Of a stretch of DNA of 64,000 nt, positions 12,404 through 24,994 are shown one piece after another. The number at the start of each line of letters is the position of its first letter. Position 1 is the first letter of the stretch. The DNA lies in contig JALMLS010000130.1 in the NCBI GenBank assembly GCA_038496445.1, positions 128,606-192,605 of the forward strand. The letters are read 5' to 3'. The stretch comes from Trichosphaerium sp. ATCC 40318. Its lineage: Eukaryota; Protista; Tubulinea. Position numbers and translations under genes: made by a program. The notes under the pieces are model-generated. The model made no database searches. It worked only from the letters and a program-made list of their open reading frames with translations, and was not told the DNA's origin.

Positions 12404-15342
12404 ATGGCATCTTTGGTCGTGTTAGTATTGGTTATCTTTATCAGTGTCGCCAGCGTAGAATCAAATACAACCTTATATGTGGAAGAAACAGGAGATGATA
12501 TTAACACGTGCTCAAACAGCACCCAGCACTGTAAAACAATCGATAGAGCTCTACAAGAAGTTTTTGCTAAAAACCAAAGTCAAAACACAATTTTCCTTGG
12601 CACAGGATATTTCATCTTTAACGCCAGTATGTTGGAAACTAGACCAGACATGAGTATCACCTTTATGGGCGAAGGGAATGAAAACACAACATTATCATTC
12701 GTTACAACATTGGATCAAAGTATGCACCTTTGTTTTTGTTTACAGCCGTCTATTACTAGGGCCATGTAGCGTTAAATCGTTTTTAGTTGATCGTACTAAT
12801 TTGTATTTAGGTGATGAATGCGATTTTGTACTGTTTTCGGGCCTCGTTGTAGCTAATATCACCCATACGCGTGCGTGAAACTTTTGTGTTTTTCGTTAAG
12901 AGAACACTCTTCAAAACTGTTAATACTTGTAGCACTGTTTGATTTTCGCTCTAATTGTAATCTCTACTTTTCCAATGTACTATTCAAACCTTCTATTGGC
13001 AATACGGATGCCTTTATTAAAGTATCCAACACGTGCGAAATAATTAACATGAAATGAGTTGTGTAATGGTTGTTTTTAGTCACTTGGAGATTACAAACTG
13101 TTCATTCCTAGGCGCTGCACCGGTTGATCATTTCATCTTAGCAGGCAAACCCTTTACTTTAACTTTATTCAACTTACGATAAATAGATTCAGCAAGAGTG
13201 ACAGTCAATGCAGACACTACATTTTATGGTTTATCAGAAGTGTTCAGTGATGTACTATTTCATCTATAACTCCTTGTCTAATCCAAATAGGTTGGCACTA
13301 CCTACGCAATAAATGCCCAAGGCAACAGCGAAGTAACTTTTGAAGGATCTGTATTCGATATGGGAGCAGTACGTCCACTACTTTTTTTATTGCACTGACA
13401 CAAATAAAGGTAACTATACTTGATTCTAGTCTCTTTTATGCTGGATCACATGTTGGTATGCTAAAAAAAATACTACCAAAGCTAGTAGTTTTACAGAGTT
13501 AGGCGATGCCAGTACTATTGTTGGTGTAAACAGCGTGATTGAGTTTGACGGGGAGAGTATTTTGGAATACTTTCATCTGACTAATTGCTTTGTAAAGGCT
13601 GGGTTTAGTAAGTCTGATCTTGAAACATATTACTGACACATCTTAGATATTTCTATTGTCACCAAGGGATTCGAACTCATAGATAGTCCAATGATTTTAG
13701 AAGACATCTACACAATGGAAGTGAACGGTCGAGTTAATGAAGCTTGCATTTCTCTTGAAAATTCTGATGTCTCTATTAACAATACAAACGAAGTAACTTT
13801 TCAAACTGCAACGTTATTGGTGTTGGTGATAATACCTCAACGATAGCTATTTCCGAGTGAGAGTTGTAGTGTCCTTCAGGATTTCTTTTCTTACTTTTTT
13901 CTGTAGCCAACTAACAGTAAATGGTGGTGTACAATCTGTGAATGTGGCATGGGTTGTGGGGTGGCTTCGTTCAACGTGAGAAATCGAACTAGCTTTGACT
14001 ATTTGATAAGTGAAGACTCGCTGATAGACATAAAAGATATGTTTTTTGTTGGTGAGTATATGAGCACGAAGTACAGAATTAACTCTTGTAATAGACATCG
14101 ATGTGCAAGGATCTGGTTTGAGCAATGTTGTTGGAGGTATGTAGATGTTGCACTAAAGTACTCATTGTATTGTTTAGTATATCTCATTGTTAGAGGTTTA
14201 ACAAAGGATTGCAGTAGTGTTTATAGAGGGTGGGGTAAAAATGACGGCCTAAGTCGTCCTGAAATATTGTGTAATACAAACAACATTGGGTTACAAGTTG
14301 TTGGTATGTAGTAATATTTATTTAAATTATTTATTGAACACTCAAATACAGCTTAGATCCCGAGTCTCCACATAATTGGTACTATTTTTACTTACTGTTA
14401 TTTTGTCTGATATCTTGAATAGTGTATACTTCAACGATGATTGTGGGTGCAAACCTGAAGGTACTAATGCTTTACTGCAAACATAAGAATATTGACTCTT
14501 TAAAGGCACGCTGTTAACGTTTTTTTGTAATGGAAGCAATTGGATAGTTAATGGATCTGCGGTGGTTCAGTACGCAAAAACAAAGAACACTAATACTATT
14601 ACTGGTTGTTGATCTGCTTGTTAAGGGATATGAACGTGTTTTCTTCAGTGGTTATTGTTACTGGTGACTTTTATATGTATGGGACACTTAGTCTAGAGGC
14701 AAATAAGGATGGTTCTTTAGGAAAAGTAAAGGTACGTACACTTTAACCATTTTGTTGTTGAAAAAAAAAAAGGTGTTAGGATGTGCCAATGTTACTGGAA
14801 CTACGATAGCAATTGATAGTGAGACGCAACTTGTAGTTGGAAACTTTCCAGTAGTGGAATCTTCGATGGATTGTCTTGAAGGAGAGTTTGACTTGGTGCA
14901 AGGAATACGTACGAGATTGAGTTGTAAAAAAAAATCAAACAAGTATTTTTTAACACGTGATAGCGCCTTGTATTGTCAAGACAGAAGAATACTCCGGTTC
15001 TTCAGCTACTATAATTTTTGGAACTAATGATTCATGTGTAACTGATGACGAAGGATCTACAAACACAGGTACAACAAGCCAAGGTGAACAACGCAAATCA
15101 CCTTTAGTGTAAACAGTCTTTACAGAATTATATCTAAGATGTTTATAGGTCTTATCATTGCGTTAGTACTCATAGCGCTTGTTGTTATTCTACTAATAAC
15201 AGTAGTTATTCTGTAGTAAGTATTTACGATGACACATTGACATTTGACAATATTTTCTTACATATTTCTTAGCTTCACTGTTGATGGTTTCAGAAATAGA
15301 GTTACACCTTTTAACAGGAAACAACGTTCTCTACAAAAATAG
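12404..15342 (+). CDS. Single-pass surface protein with pectin-lyase/beta-helix-like N-terminus, many short exons
   Basis: Signal peptide MASLVVLVLVIFISVASV; TLYV..TGDD..TC....HCKTIDRAL..TIFLGTGYF is typical of beta-helix passenger N-caps; C-terminal TM (LIIALVLIALVVILLITVVIL) and tail FRNRVTPF. One or two internal junctions are unresolved. Confidence 0.75.
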
Positions 15343-16088
15343 GACATTCCCTGATTGACATTGAAGAGCTTGAAACAACTACAATCCAAACAACACCCTT
15401 CCACATCCGATTTCATTGAGTTTACGTTCAGATCGCGAAAACAAACAATTTGAGCCTTGTGTAGAAACAATAAACGAATACAACAAGAAAAGCCTGTTTT
15501 GCTACCAAACATCTCTATTGAGCAATTACCACTTCTACGACAATCTAGTGAGTACTAAACGGACGCCAACGGTAGCAGCTGTGTTTTACCATCTACTAAG
15601 CACTAGCTCGTCTCAAAAGCCTGAGAAGTAAAGAAAAAAAGTTAAAAAGGTGCTTTCCTTATCAAGAACGCGGCTAAACTGGATGAATAAGGTATTTAGT
15701 GCGTCAACAGCGTTTGTTTGTATTTTTACTCTCTATTTGCTATTTCATCGCAAGGTTGTGTAGTGTGATAAAAGCATGCTTGAAGGCTATCGCTTTTAGG
15801 CATTACGGCCTTTTTTGGGCTATTTTCCTACTTTGGTCTTGAACTTGAACAAAGCGGACTGCTTTTCTGAAGCTTGTATATGATTACCATTAGGCTTAAG
15901 GGTAGGGCTTTCCATTTATTCAAAAGCGCTATCCTAACCTGCCTGTTTTAGGTTTTTGACTAAATCTGACTTTTAGCCACTTACAGCAACTGGTTCCGCA
16001 ATCTCGTATAACGTTGAATATACCACGTAGAATAGATTCAGTTTTTTGCGCTAGTACATATCCAGTTTTGTACAAATAGTTGCAAACT

Positions 16089-18590
16089 ATGTACAAGGAT
16101 CTTTGCGTCACGCTGTTGTTGCTTTCTTTGGTGTTTACGACGTCGTATTGTGGTATTGTCAGTACTTGCGAAGAAGGCGGAAGGGTATATCAACTACATG
16201 ATAACGCAGATACTGATTACCCTACTGGATGGACAAACGCATGCACTGGAGGTACAAACAATATACAATAACCTCCAATTCTTTTTCAATTTTTTTTTTG
16301 CAACTTACGACTTTCTGATTAATCATTTTTTATTAGATTTCTCTCCTCTAACTATATCGACGCTTGAAGAAGCTATATCCACAGCTAATTTTCCGGTAAC
16401 TTTTTTTTGTAACTTGCAAAATCGAAAAGATTCCTTCCATTTTTGGTCATAAAAACTCGTCGAAAAAGGCGTGACATCCCTTAAACACTGACCAAGACAA
16501 AACTATGTCAGGAAAAAATACTAATTAAATGGTAGGATATAAGGCTGGTTCTTGCGACTGCTAGTACTTGGCATGATGGAACGCCACTTCTGAGGCAACT
16601 ATACCCTCCTTGGGAGTCTATCTCGGCTCCTTGTTCCACATATGTACAAGGAGTAAGTACCAATTGGCTAATAGCTGTTACTCCTTCATTTTCTATCTTC
16701 GTATTATTCCTAAACTGCAATTAGAGGATTTTTGATGGCTGTGCTACTGCATCACACTTTGTTTGCGAGTCCAGTGTAAGTGTAGGTGCAAGCGAATGCA
16801 CGACATCATCCTGGGATTGTGCCTCAAATACCTTAGAATCAGCATACTTTGGAGGTACGTACTTTAAACTGTTTTTTTTTGTTGTCAATCACGTGCTTTG
16901 TTTCCTCAGCTCTTAATAATACCAATCACATGCTTCCTTATAACCTTCATGTACTTACTGAATTTATAGCCAATTGTTACTCTCGTATACAAGCTACAAA
17001 TCCTACCTATATAAACCTAGAGCTTCAATGTAGAAAAAGAGGCGGCTACCTGGCTACAATTACATCACAAGCCGAACAAGATTTTGTCTCAGCTTTTATT
17101 GAAGATCCTTACGCAGCTTTCAATGCTTTTGGTTTAAGTAGTTTATTTAAAACCTCTTTAACTGACTTTGATTGGGTACGTACAAACAACGTAACGTCGA
17201 AAACTAAACAAAAGTGTATTGTTTGCTAAATTTCTGTTCTCAATAGCAAACTACAAACGAACCTCTTGTTTTTGGGTCCACATTCAATACATTTCCATGG
17301 AATATGAATGAACCACAAGGATTTGAAGCATGTGTATTTATGTACGATACTGCCTTTTTAACCACGTGTTTTTTGCTTTAATTACATGTGACCAAAGTCA
17401 TCAAAGTACTCGGTTAACTGAATACTTACGTTGTGTAGGCACAGCTATGGAGAATGGGCTGACTATGCTTGTTCGGCTGCACAACTCAATGACGGACCAA
17501 CACTTGTTGATGTTGTTCCGATATGTGAGTTTGAACCGTATACGCCCCCAACTCCAACTCCAACTACGGCATCACCAACTACAATGCCTCCAACCACAAT
17601 GCCTCCCACCACAACACCACCGACTACAATGCCTCCCACCACACGACCGCCAACCACCAGACCACCGACTACACGACCGCCAACCACAAGACCACCGACT
17701 ACACGACCTCCAACTACAAGATCACCAACAACACGACCTCCAACCACAAGATCACCGACTACACGACCGCCAACCACAAGATCACCGACTACAAGGCCTC
17801 CAACTACAAGATCACCAACTACAAGGCGTCCAACCACAATGCCTCCCACCACACGACCGCCAACAACAAGATCACCGACTACAAGGCGTCCAACCACAAG
17901 GTCTCCAACAACCATATCTCCAACTATAATGCCACCTACTACAAGGTCTCCAACTACCACTGAAGCCCCAACTGTAGCGCCTACATCACCGCCTACCTTA
18001 CATCCTAGATTTAGTGACGCTCCTTTACCTGCAGGTTGGGAAGAAGGCTCAAATAAAACAGCCAATGCGACTTTTGAACTGGAAGGAGACTTGATTGTTT
18101 ATGGTAAGCTGTTTGTAGAAATTCAATCTCTAAACTTTTGGCTAGGAAACCTCAAACTACCAAACGGCACAACATTGGAGTGGGTGAACGGGAGCAGTAT
18201 TACTGTAGTTAATTGTATTGACGCTGCCAACTTGACTATAGATCGCTTAGATGAGGTACAACACAGCTTTTCGTTCCATTTTTTTTCTGTTTTTTCCTCT
18301 TCGTCGTGTTTCTCTTTTTTTTCTCTTTGTTCTAACTGTGTTTGAAGGTTGAACAAGTCACAGTATCTCATAATGATCATTGTAAGGACGCTGATGTAAA
18401 TATTGTTGAAAGGCCTTGTGTAAAGGCAACAAAGAAGAAGAGAAAACAATTTGGAAGGCTATTAATAGTTATTGACTTTGAATACAATTTTAATGATAAA
18501 GGAGAATGCGTAACTTCTGATGTCTTTCATATGTCAAACAAAAATTGGCTTTTCTTCTTTCTAGTTGTGTTATTATATTCATTAACATGA
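16089..18590 (+). CDS. Surface protein with C-type-lectin-like domain(s), TTRPP/TTRSP mucin stalk and hydrophobic C-terminus (possible GPI signal)
   Basis: Signal peptide MYKDLCVTLLLLSLVF; CRKRGGYLATITSQAEQDFV, PWNMNEPQGFEACV, GEWADYAC, ICEFE; ends WLFFFLVVLLYSLT*. Confidence 0.85.
17560..17960 (+). repeat. Coding minisatellite with a 15-nt unit encoding TT[RM][PS]P
   Basis: More than 20 tandem pentapeptides in ORF 17431-18345, with synonymous variation. Confidence 0.95.
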
Positions 18591-18937
18591 CTTGAGCCGA
18601 AAAATATAACAAAATAAACAAGAGTACTTTATCCATGTACATTCATTGAGTTTGTTGTTATGAGTTACATACAAACTCGAACTTATAAACTCTCCTGCTT
18701 CTCGTACAACAGTATTTGTGAGTATGTTTGTTGTTTCAACTATGCAGGTGTTGTAAATTTAGAGAACAAATAGAAAACCTTGTTCTTGGTCAAAATCTTA
18801 TAATACCAGAGCCGTACTGGTAAATGATGTTGCTATTTTATTGATAACAGAAAGTGGTTAAGTCCAGAAATATAAACAATGGTTATTGCAATATTTTTTT
18901 TAACCTTCTAACTAACTATCCATAAGGTACGGACTGC

Positions 18938-20058
18938 CTACCGTGAATGTACAAGAGCTTCATCTGCCTTTTCACCAGTAAATTGTTTTGACATCTTTAG
19001 TCGTCCGTCTCTATGCCACTTCTTGTGAAAGTCTAGTGTTTTATGTTCTTTAATCTGTCCGTGACGGTACCATTCTTTTACTATACTAAACTGCACATGA
19101 TTTTTGCGCTGTATGTCTTTTGATGCTGTTTTTTTATAGGAAACTATTCTTCCATGGATGTAATTTTCCTCTTCTTCAACAATACCCATGTTGAAGACTA
19201 CCCTTGTCTTGGGATTATTATCACTATCATTGTATATCCATTCACCATGTTTTTGATAATTTACCCTGACCCCTTGCACATATACTTGCCCGTGATGCTT
19301 CTCAGTGTATGATCCATTCTTACGCCCATCTTTATAGAATTCGTGGATTTGAAATCCTAGTGAGCGGTATTCTTGTTCGCCATGAAGAACACCGTGTTTA
19401 TAAGTCCTCAGGTATTGTCTAGCATCTCCTAAGTACTCTGTTTGTGCTCCATGAAGCTGTCCGTTGAAGTCAAATGATTGGCGAATAACAAAGAAGATTC
19501 CTCCAAAGTGACGTCGCCATACCGTCCAATGACCAAATTTTTTTAAGCGTAATGAGTAGTGTGTCATCATAGCAGCTCTTCGTGATAGGACATGCCTAGA
19601 ACGAATGGTCTCAGCATTCGAACAAAACAATAAAAACAGACCATTTTGAGAATGCCACACGATCCATCTCGCAGATGTACTGTTGTATTTCAGGTGGCAG
19701 TGACAACAACATAGAACCTTCATCATCTGGAATAGCTGTCAAGTATTCCGTAGCTACACGTGTAGTCTCAGTATTAGGTTCAAAGAGATTCTCGGTATTA
19801 TGTTTAGGTTCGAAAACAAACGGTGTTGCTTTAACTAACGCTTGTGGTTTGGCGTTAAAAACGAAGACATCCTCTTGAGCTTTATCGCATTTGTTCGTTG
19901 ATGAAAGATTGAACGCCATAGTCGTTGATGAGGCATTGAAGGGTTTGAAAACGAACTCTTTTGAACCTGATTGGCGTTAAAACAACTTTTGTTATTGGTA
20001 TCCTTTTACCTTTATCCTGAGATTCGCATGGCGTTTCTATTCGAGAAGAGATGCTCAT
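18938..20058 (-). CDS. F-box + MORN_2 (YwqK-like) repeat protein, 3 exons
   Basis: Introns 19967-20009 and 19596-19641 (both GT-AG) join the ORF-track pieces into MSISS...LLSLPPEIQQYI...SKW|HVLSRR, followed by MORN repeats (YKHGVLHGE, YKDGRKNGSY, KEWYRHGQIK). Confidence 0.85.
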
Positions 20059-20302
20059 AGTTGCGCTGTTTAATTTAAATTTCTACCGTTTAAGACACGT
20101 GCCAAAATATTGGCAAATTTCAGGTGAATTCTAAGAAAGCAGCCTGTGTAGCACAAAAGGCTCGGCCGATTTGCCTAATGAGTTTGTAGTTCCACGAAAT
20201 CTGTTCTAATGATAGCACAACTAACTTCCTCCGCTTTCACTGCTACTTTGTTTTTACGTAGTCATTCTAAACTGTTATACAGAATGTCAGATGTTCAATC
20301 AC

Positions 20303-20347
20303 TGCAGGAGCAGATGATGTAGGCATAGTTGTAGAACTCATTGTAGG
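20303..20347 (-). repeat. Orphan inverted copy of 45 nt from the mucin gene at 33313-33357
   Basis: Reverse complement cctacaatgagttctacaactatgcctacatcatctgctcctgca versus cctacaatgagttctacaattgtacctacatcatctgctcctgca: 3 mismatches in 45. Confidence 0.9.
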
Positions 20348-20479
20348 ATATGGTTGTACTGGCTCTTTAGTTGGTGGACCAGCCATAGTTGAAGTTCGCT
20401 TGGCATTTATTTAAGCTGAAACACTCAGCACACTCAAGTCTAATTGTTTAAAAAGTTTTTTATTTTTGCTCTATTTTTA

Positions 20480-23400
20480 TCAATCAAGCGGTGTAGGTCT
20501 TGTTTTAGTAAGTACATTTCCATCGCTAAACTCTGCTGAATCAGTTTCATCATCATCGAAATCATCAACATCATCTTCAGATTCTTGTTCTTTTGATTTT
20601 CTGTTCTTTTTCTTATCTTTCTTAGATGACTTTTTCTTTTCATCTCCTTCTTCTACACCTTCTATCTGTTCTTCATGTAATTGCCTAGATACTAATTTGG
20701 CATAATAACCGCCGAGAGCCTACAAAAAAAGTAAGAAAGACAAAAACTTGACAGATGGTTTCTGAGTTTCTCTTTTTCTTCAAAAAGCACGCGTTTAAAA
20801 TAAACACTTCTCCTTGAAAACTGTTTTTGTCACTTTATCAAAAAATACTTCGTCGATTAAATTTAATGAGAAAATAATTCCGCCAAGTGCAAGTGTTGGA
20901 GATGGCCTTCAAAGAAAAAAAAAAACAAACAAAAACTGAATTCGTACCACAAGCTCTGAATGAGACCCTTGCTCGACAAGTTTACCTTTATGTAAAACAC
21001 AGATTTTATCAGCATCACGGACAGTAGTAAGACGATGAGCAATAACAATAGAAGTTCGTTTATGCATAAGTTTATCAAGAGCATCCTAAAAGTAAAAAAA
21101 AAAGTCAAAACACAAAACAACTTGTGACTTGCTGCCTATCACATACCTGAACCAAATGTTCGCTCTCAGCGTCAAGAGCAGATGTGGCTTCATCCAATAG
21201 CAATATCTAAAAGAACACTTAGACAACGAAGACCACAAAAGAGAAATAAACATACCTTTGGATTTTTTAAAACAGCACGAGCAATAGCAATACGTTGTTT
21301 CTGACCTCCAGATAGCTGAGCACCTTTTTCGCCTACTTGTGTATCGTATCCAGATTTTTGGTCTTTGATAAAATCATGTGCATTTGCTTGCTGTAAAAAA
21401 AGTAAGTGTAAGCAAGGATACAAACAAAAAGTGCTATAAATGTTGTAAATGAAATTCCATAACAAAAAACAAGTAAGCACAACGTATACATCGGTTTTAC
21501 TAACATCAACTACACCAATACTAGCTTGTTGAAATGTATGATCAAAATAAAGCTTGGTGGCTTGCAATTCAATCATTTTGTGGCAAAACATTTGAACAAA
21601 ATTCAAAAAAAAAAAGAGGAAGAAAATTGTACCTTTGCCGCTTTTTTGATCTCATCAAAAGTTGCACCTGGTTTACCATACTCAATATTATCTCTTATAC
21701 TTCCTGCACATTACATCATTAATTTAAAAAATATAACATAAAATAAACAAGACAGTACCAGCAAATAAGATAGGTTCTTGAGACACCAATCCGGTTTGTT
21801 TACGAAGCCAGTGTAAATCAAGTTTTTTCATGTTGACGCCATCTATTTTAACTTTACCCTTCAAAGGATCATAGAACCTTTGTATGAGTTGTACAACTGT
21901 ACTTTTACCGCTTCCAGAAGAACCTACAAGCGCAGTTGTAGTACCAGGCTCAGCCTAAAAATAAATTAAAACACGAAAAAAATAAGAAAGTAAGACGAGA
22001 AATGTTGTTCGCTAAATTTTTGCTTTTCAGCTCTTTCATGATGAACAATGTTGTAGTTGGAGTATTCCCCACAAAAATTACAATACAATATCGATAATAA
22101 ACAATGCATTTGTAAAAATTAAGCATGTAGGTGTGCAAAACACCAACAAAAAAAAAAGCAGAACGTACTGTCAAGGTAAAGTTATCAAGCACAATGTTCT
22201 CTTTTCTCGTAGGGTACGAGAATTTTACTTTCTTGAGTGTAATTCTTCCATTAAATTCCTCTATCTGTTTACCACCTATTTCAATAGTATTTTAGAACAG
22301 CTTAATGATGGTGGATAGAAAACCAAAAAAAAAGCCATACCCATATCAGCACAAATTTCAGGAGTTTTATCAATTACAAAGAATATAGCTGCTGCAGCGC
22401 CTCTGGCTTTCGCCAAGTCAGGGCTCAATTGACCGGCCTAATAATCATAAGTGTAAGTGTCGAACAACTTCTCAAACTTGGGAGCTATTCATTGACAAGA
22501 GGTTTGAACACTAATGCCCACAAAAAAAAAAAAAAAAGAAAAAAAAGAGAAACCGTACCTGACCGATACCCATAGCGCCAATAATAATAGAAAAGAATAC
22601 AGTAAGCAAATCGCCTATTTCCATTTCGCCAGATTTAACCAATTCGGTACCATACCAAAATGCCAATGCGTACACCAAAAACATGAAGAAAAATGAAAAT
22701 CCAGCACCAGCACCTATACAAACACGTGATAAGTAAACACAGGCGAAAAAAATTGTGCCAACGGCAAAGATTTTAACAGTGTGGTAATCAGCCAGAAAAC
22801 GTAAAATGGCACTTGTAGTAATAACGTCAAAGCTCTGGAATGAAAAAAACAAAAACTATTGGATGTTTTTTTTGCTTTTTACGTACCCATAATGAAGGCT
22901 TTCTTGAAGTTTAGTTTATAAGCAGAACGTAGTCCTGATTTAAACCTATTCATAAGAAGATGCTCCATAGTAAATGAATAAACTGTCCTGATACCAGTAA
23001 TGGCTTCTGTAGCTGTAACAGTAGCCTAGCAATAAAAAAATGAGAAAATGACGTTCATGGTGATAACAAAAACACTATCTTTAACGTACATCACCAGCAG
23101 CGGTTTGACCAGTTTGTGCATTTCTGGATATTGCTTGTGTTTGTAGAGCACCAGAAACTATAATATTGTAAGTACGTGGTAAAGAAAAGGCGAAAATAAC
23201 AAAAAAACTTCTTTACTAAAAAAGTAAGAAACCAAACTTGTGTCGTACTTATGATTAGTGGAGAACTCGCTAAAAGTACAAGCGTGAGCTTCCATCCATA
23301 GATAAAAGCAATCAAAAGACCACCAATAACTTGAGCTCCAAAAAAGAAAATCTGTCCAAGTTTTTCAGAAATACCACCTTGTACTAACGCCATGTCGGAG

Positions 23401-24295
23401 GCAAGTCGAGAGACAATTTCTCCAGTATCATGTTGATCATAATAAGCAACCTTTGAAAATAATTAGTACTAATTGATGTTCACAAAAAAACGGGAAAAAA
23501 AAGACAACAAAAAAAAAGTTGTTCGCTCACCTCTTGACGTAAGAGCGCTCTGAAAAACATAAGTTTTAGCACTCTTGATATCCTTTCTCCTACTAATACC
23601 CAAGACGTTGTCATGAGAAATGTAAATGTAAATGAACCGACGGCTAAGCCAAGAAAGGCGAGAACTAAAACAAACTTATAAGGAAAAAAACTTTTGGGAT
23701 TATGTTTTTTTTGTAAAGCCAAAACTAAAGCGCATTTGTTACGTACCCATAGGTGTGACATCGGCTTCTGCTATGTTGGCAAGGTCATTGAATAGTTCTC
23801 CAAATACAACAGAGAATGCAGGAAGCATAGCACCGCTAACGAGTGCAGCTAAAGAATATGTAAACTCAATGAACTTTAGTAAGTGTTTTGAGCGGTAAAA
23901 AGAAAATTTCAGTGAATTTGGCGACATCGGTTTTTTCAAATCTCCGATACTTAGAAGTAGTATTTACACCGTTTTAATAATCAAAATACATTAAACTACG
24001 CGAGGGAAAGCGATTTAATATCAAAGCGAGGTTTAGAAATATTCGTACCAAAAGAGCCCAAAACAATGAGCCACCCAGTAGAAGGGTCCAGAAAGAGAAT
24101 TCTGGTAAGTGCCACAGGCGGGTATTCGGGTTTGTTTTTCTCCTTTTTCTTTTTTTTGCCAAAACATCCTTTAGAACTCTCCTCGTTGTTATTCTAATTC
24201 AAAGCGTTAATTATTGCGAATAAAATCAGCTGTCGTGCTTGTACATCTGTATCTACACGAACTACTTCGAGTTCTTCACTGTCACTACTTGACAT
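20480..24295 (-). CDS. ABCB/MDR-like transporter, half-size (one TMD + one NBD), multi-exon
   Basis: TMD motifs ([37 protein letters not shown]); Walker [10 protein letters not shown]; [14 protein letters not shown]; [10 protein letters not shown]; IAHRL; TGA at 20480-20482 after an acidic/basic tail. Confidence 0.93.
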
Positions 24296-24994
24296 GATGC
24301 TGTAGTGGTGTTTATCTGATAATTATGACCAATAAACGATGTTGCTTAATGAATCGAATCAAGTCGGCTTAACAATTACGCCGGGCTCTGTCCGCCTTTA
24401 TTACTAACTCGTTGTTCTCGTGACATTAATCGATTCACTCACAAACCATTCTTTATTAATTTTGGCGCGTTGTTGTCAGAAATGCTATTACAAGGCGTTA
24501 ATATACATTAAAGCATTTTCTGTATGCGTCAGTACGTTAATTGCAACATATTGCGACTCCAACTAGTATTAATTGAGAATCATTGGCGCCTACCAACTCT
24601 ATCTGCAAAGGGCCGGTTGACGACATTCAATGCATCGCGTTCTCACCATCATTTCTTTCAGAGTCCCAAACCTAACAGCGAAAAATGAGTAAGTTTTTAT
24701 GTATCAATCACAAACTTCTTTACAAATGGTATTTCTGCCAAAAACGGTAGTTCTCGCGTTGAACTAGAAGTTTCTTCAAGAAAACCGCAACGTGTTCCCA
24801 ACAGAGAATCTTATAAACGTGTTCAAAACCGTCTTTAAAACAATAATATTCACGTGGCAGTAACTTTGACAGTTCAAGAAAAAAAAACATTGCAGTTGAA
24901 TAGTCGTTGACCGATTGTTAAAAAAAACCTCATTTCAATCAGCGTTTTTATCGTTATAGTTGTTCCTTAAGCAACCCGCTAATAGCGTAAACAA

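Noticed and set aside
17560-17960. CRISPR-like or telomeric array
   Set aside because: The repeats are contiguous, in-frame and synonymous-variable, with no unique spacers.
19596-19726. Programmed frameshift between the F-box and MORN ORFs
   Set aside because: Explained by a 46-nt GT-AG intron.
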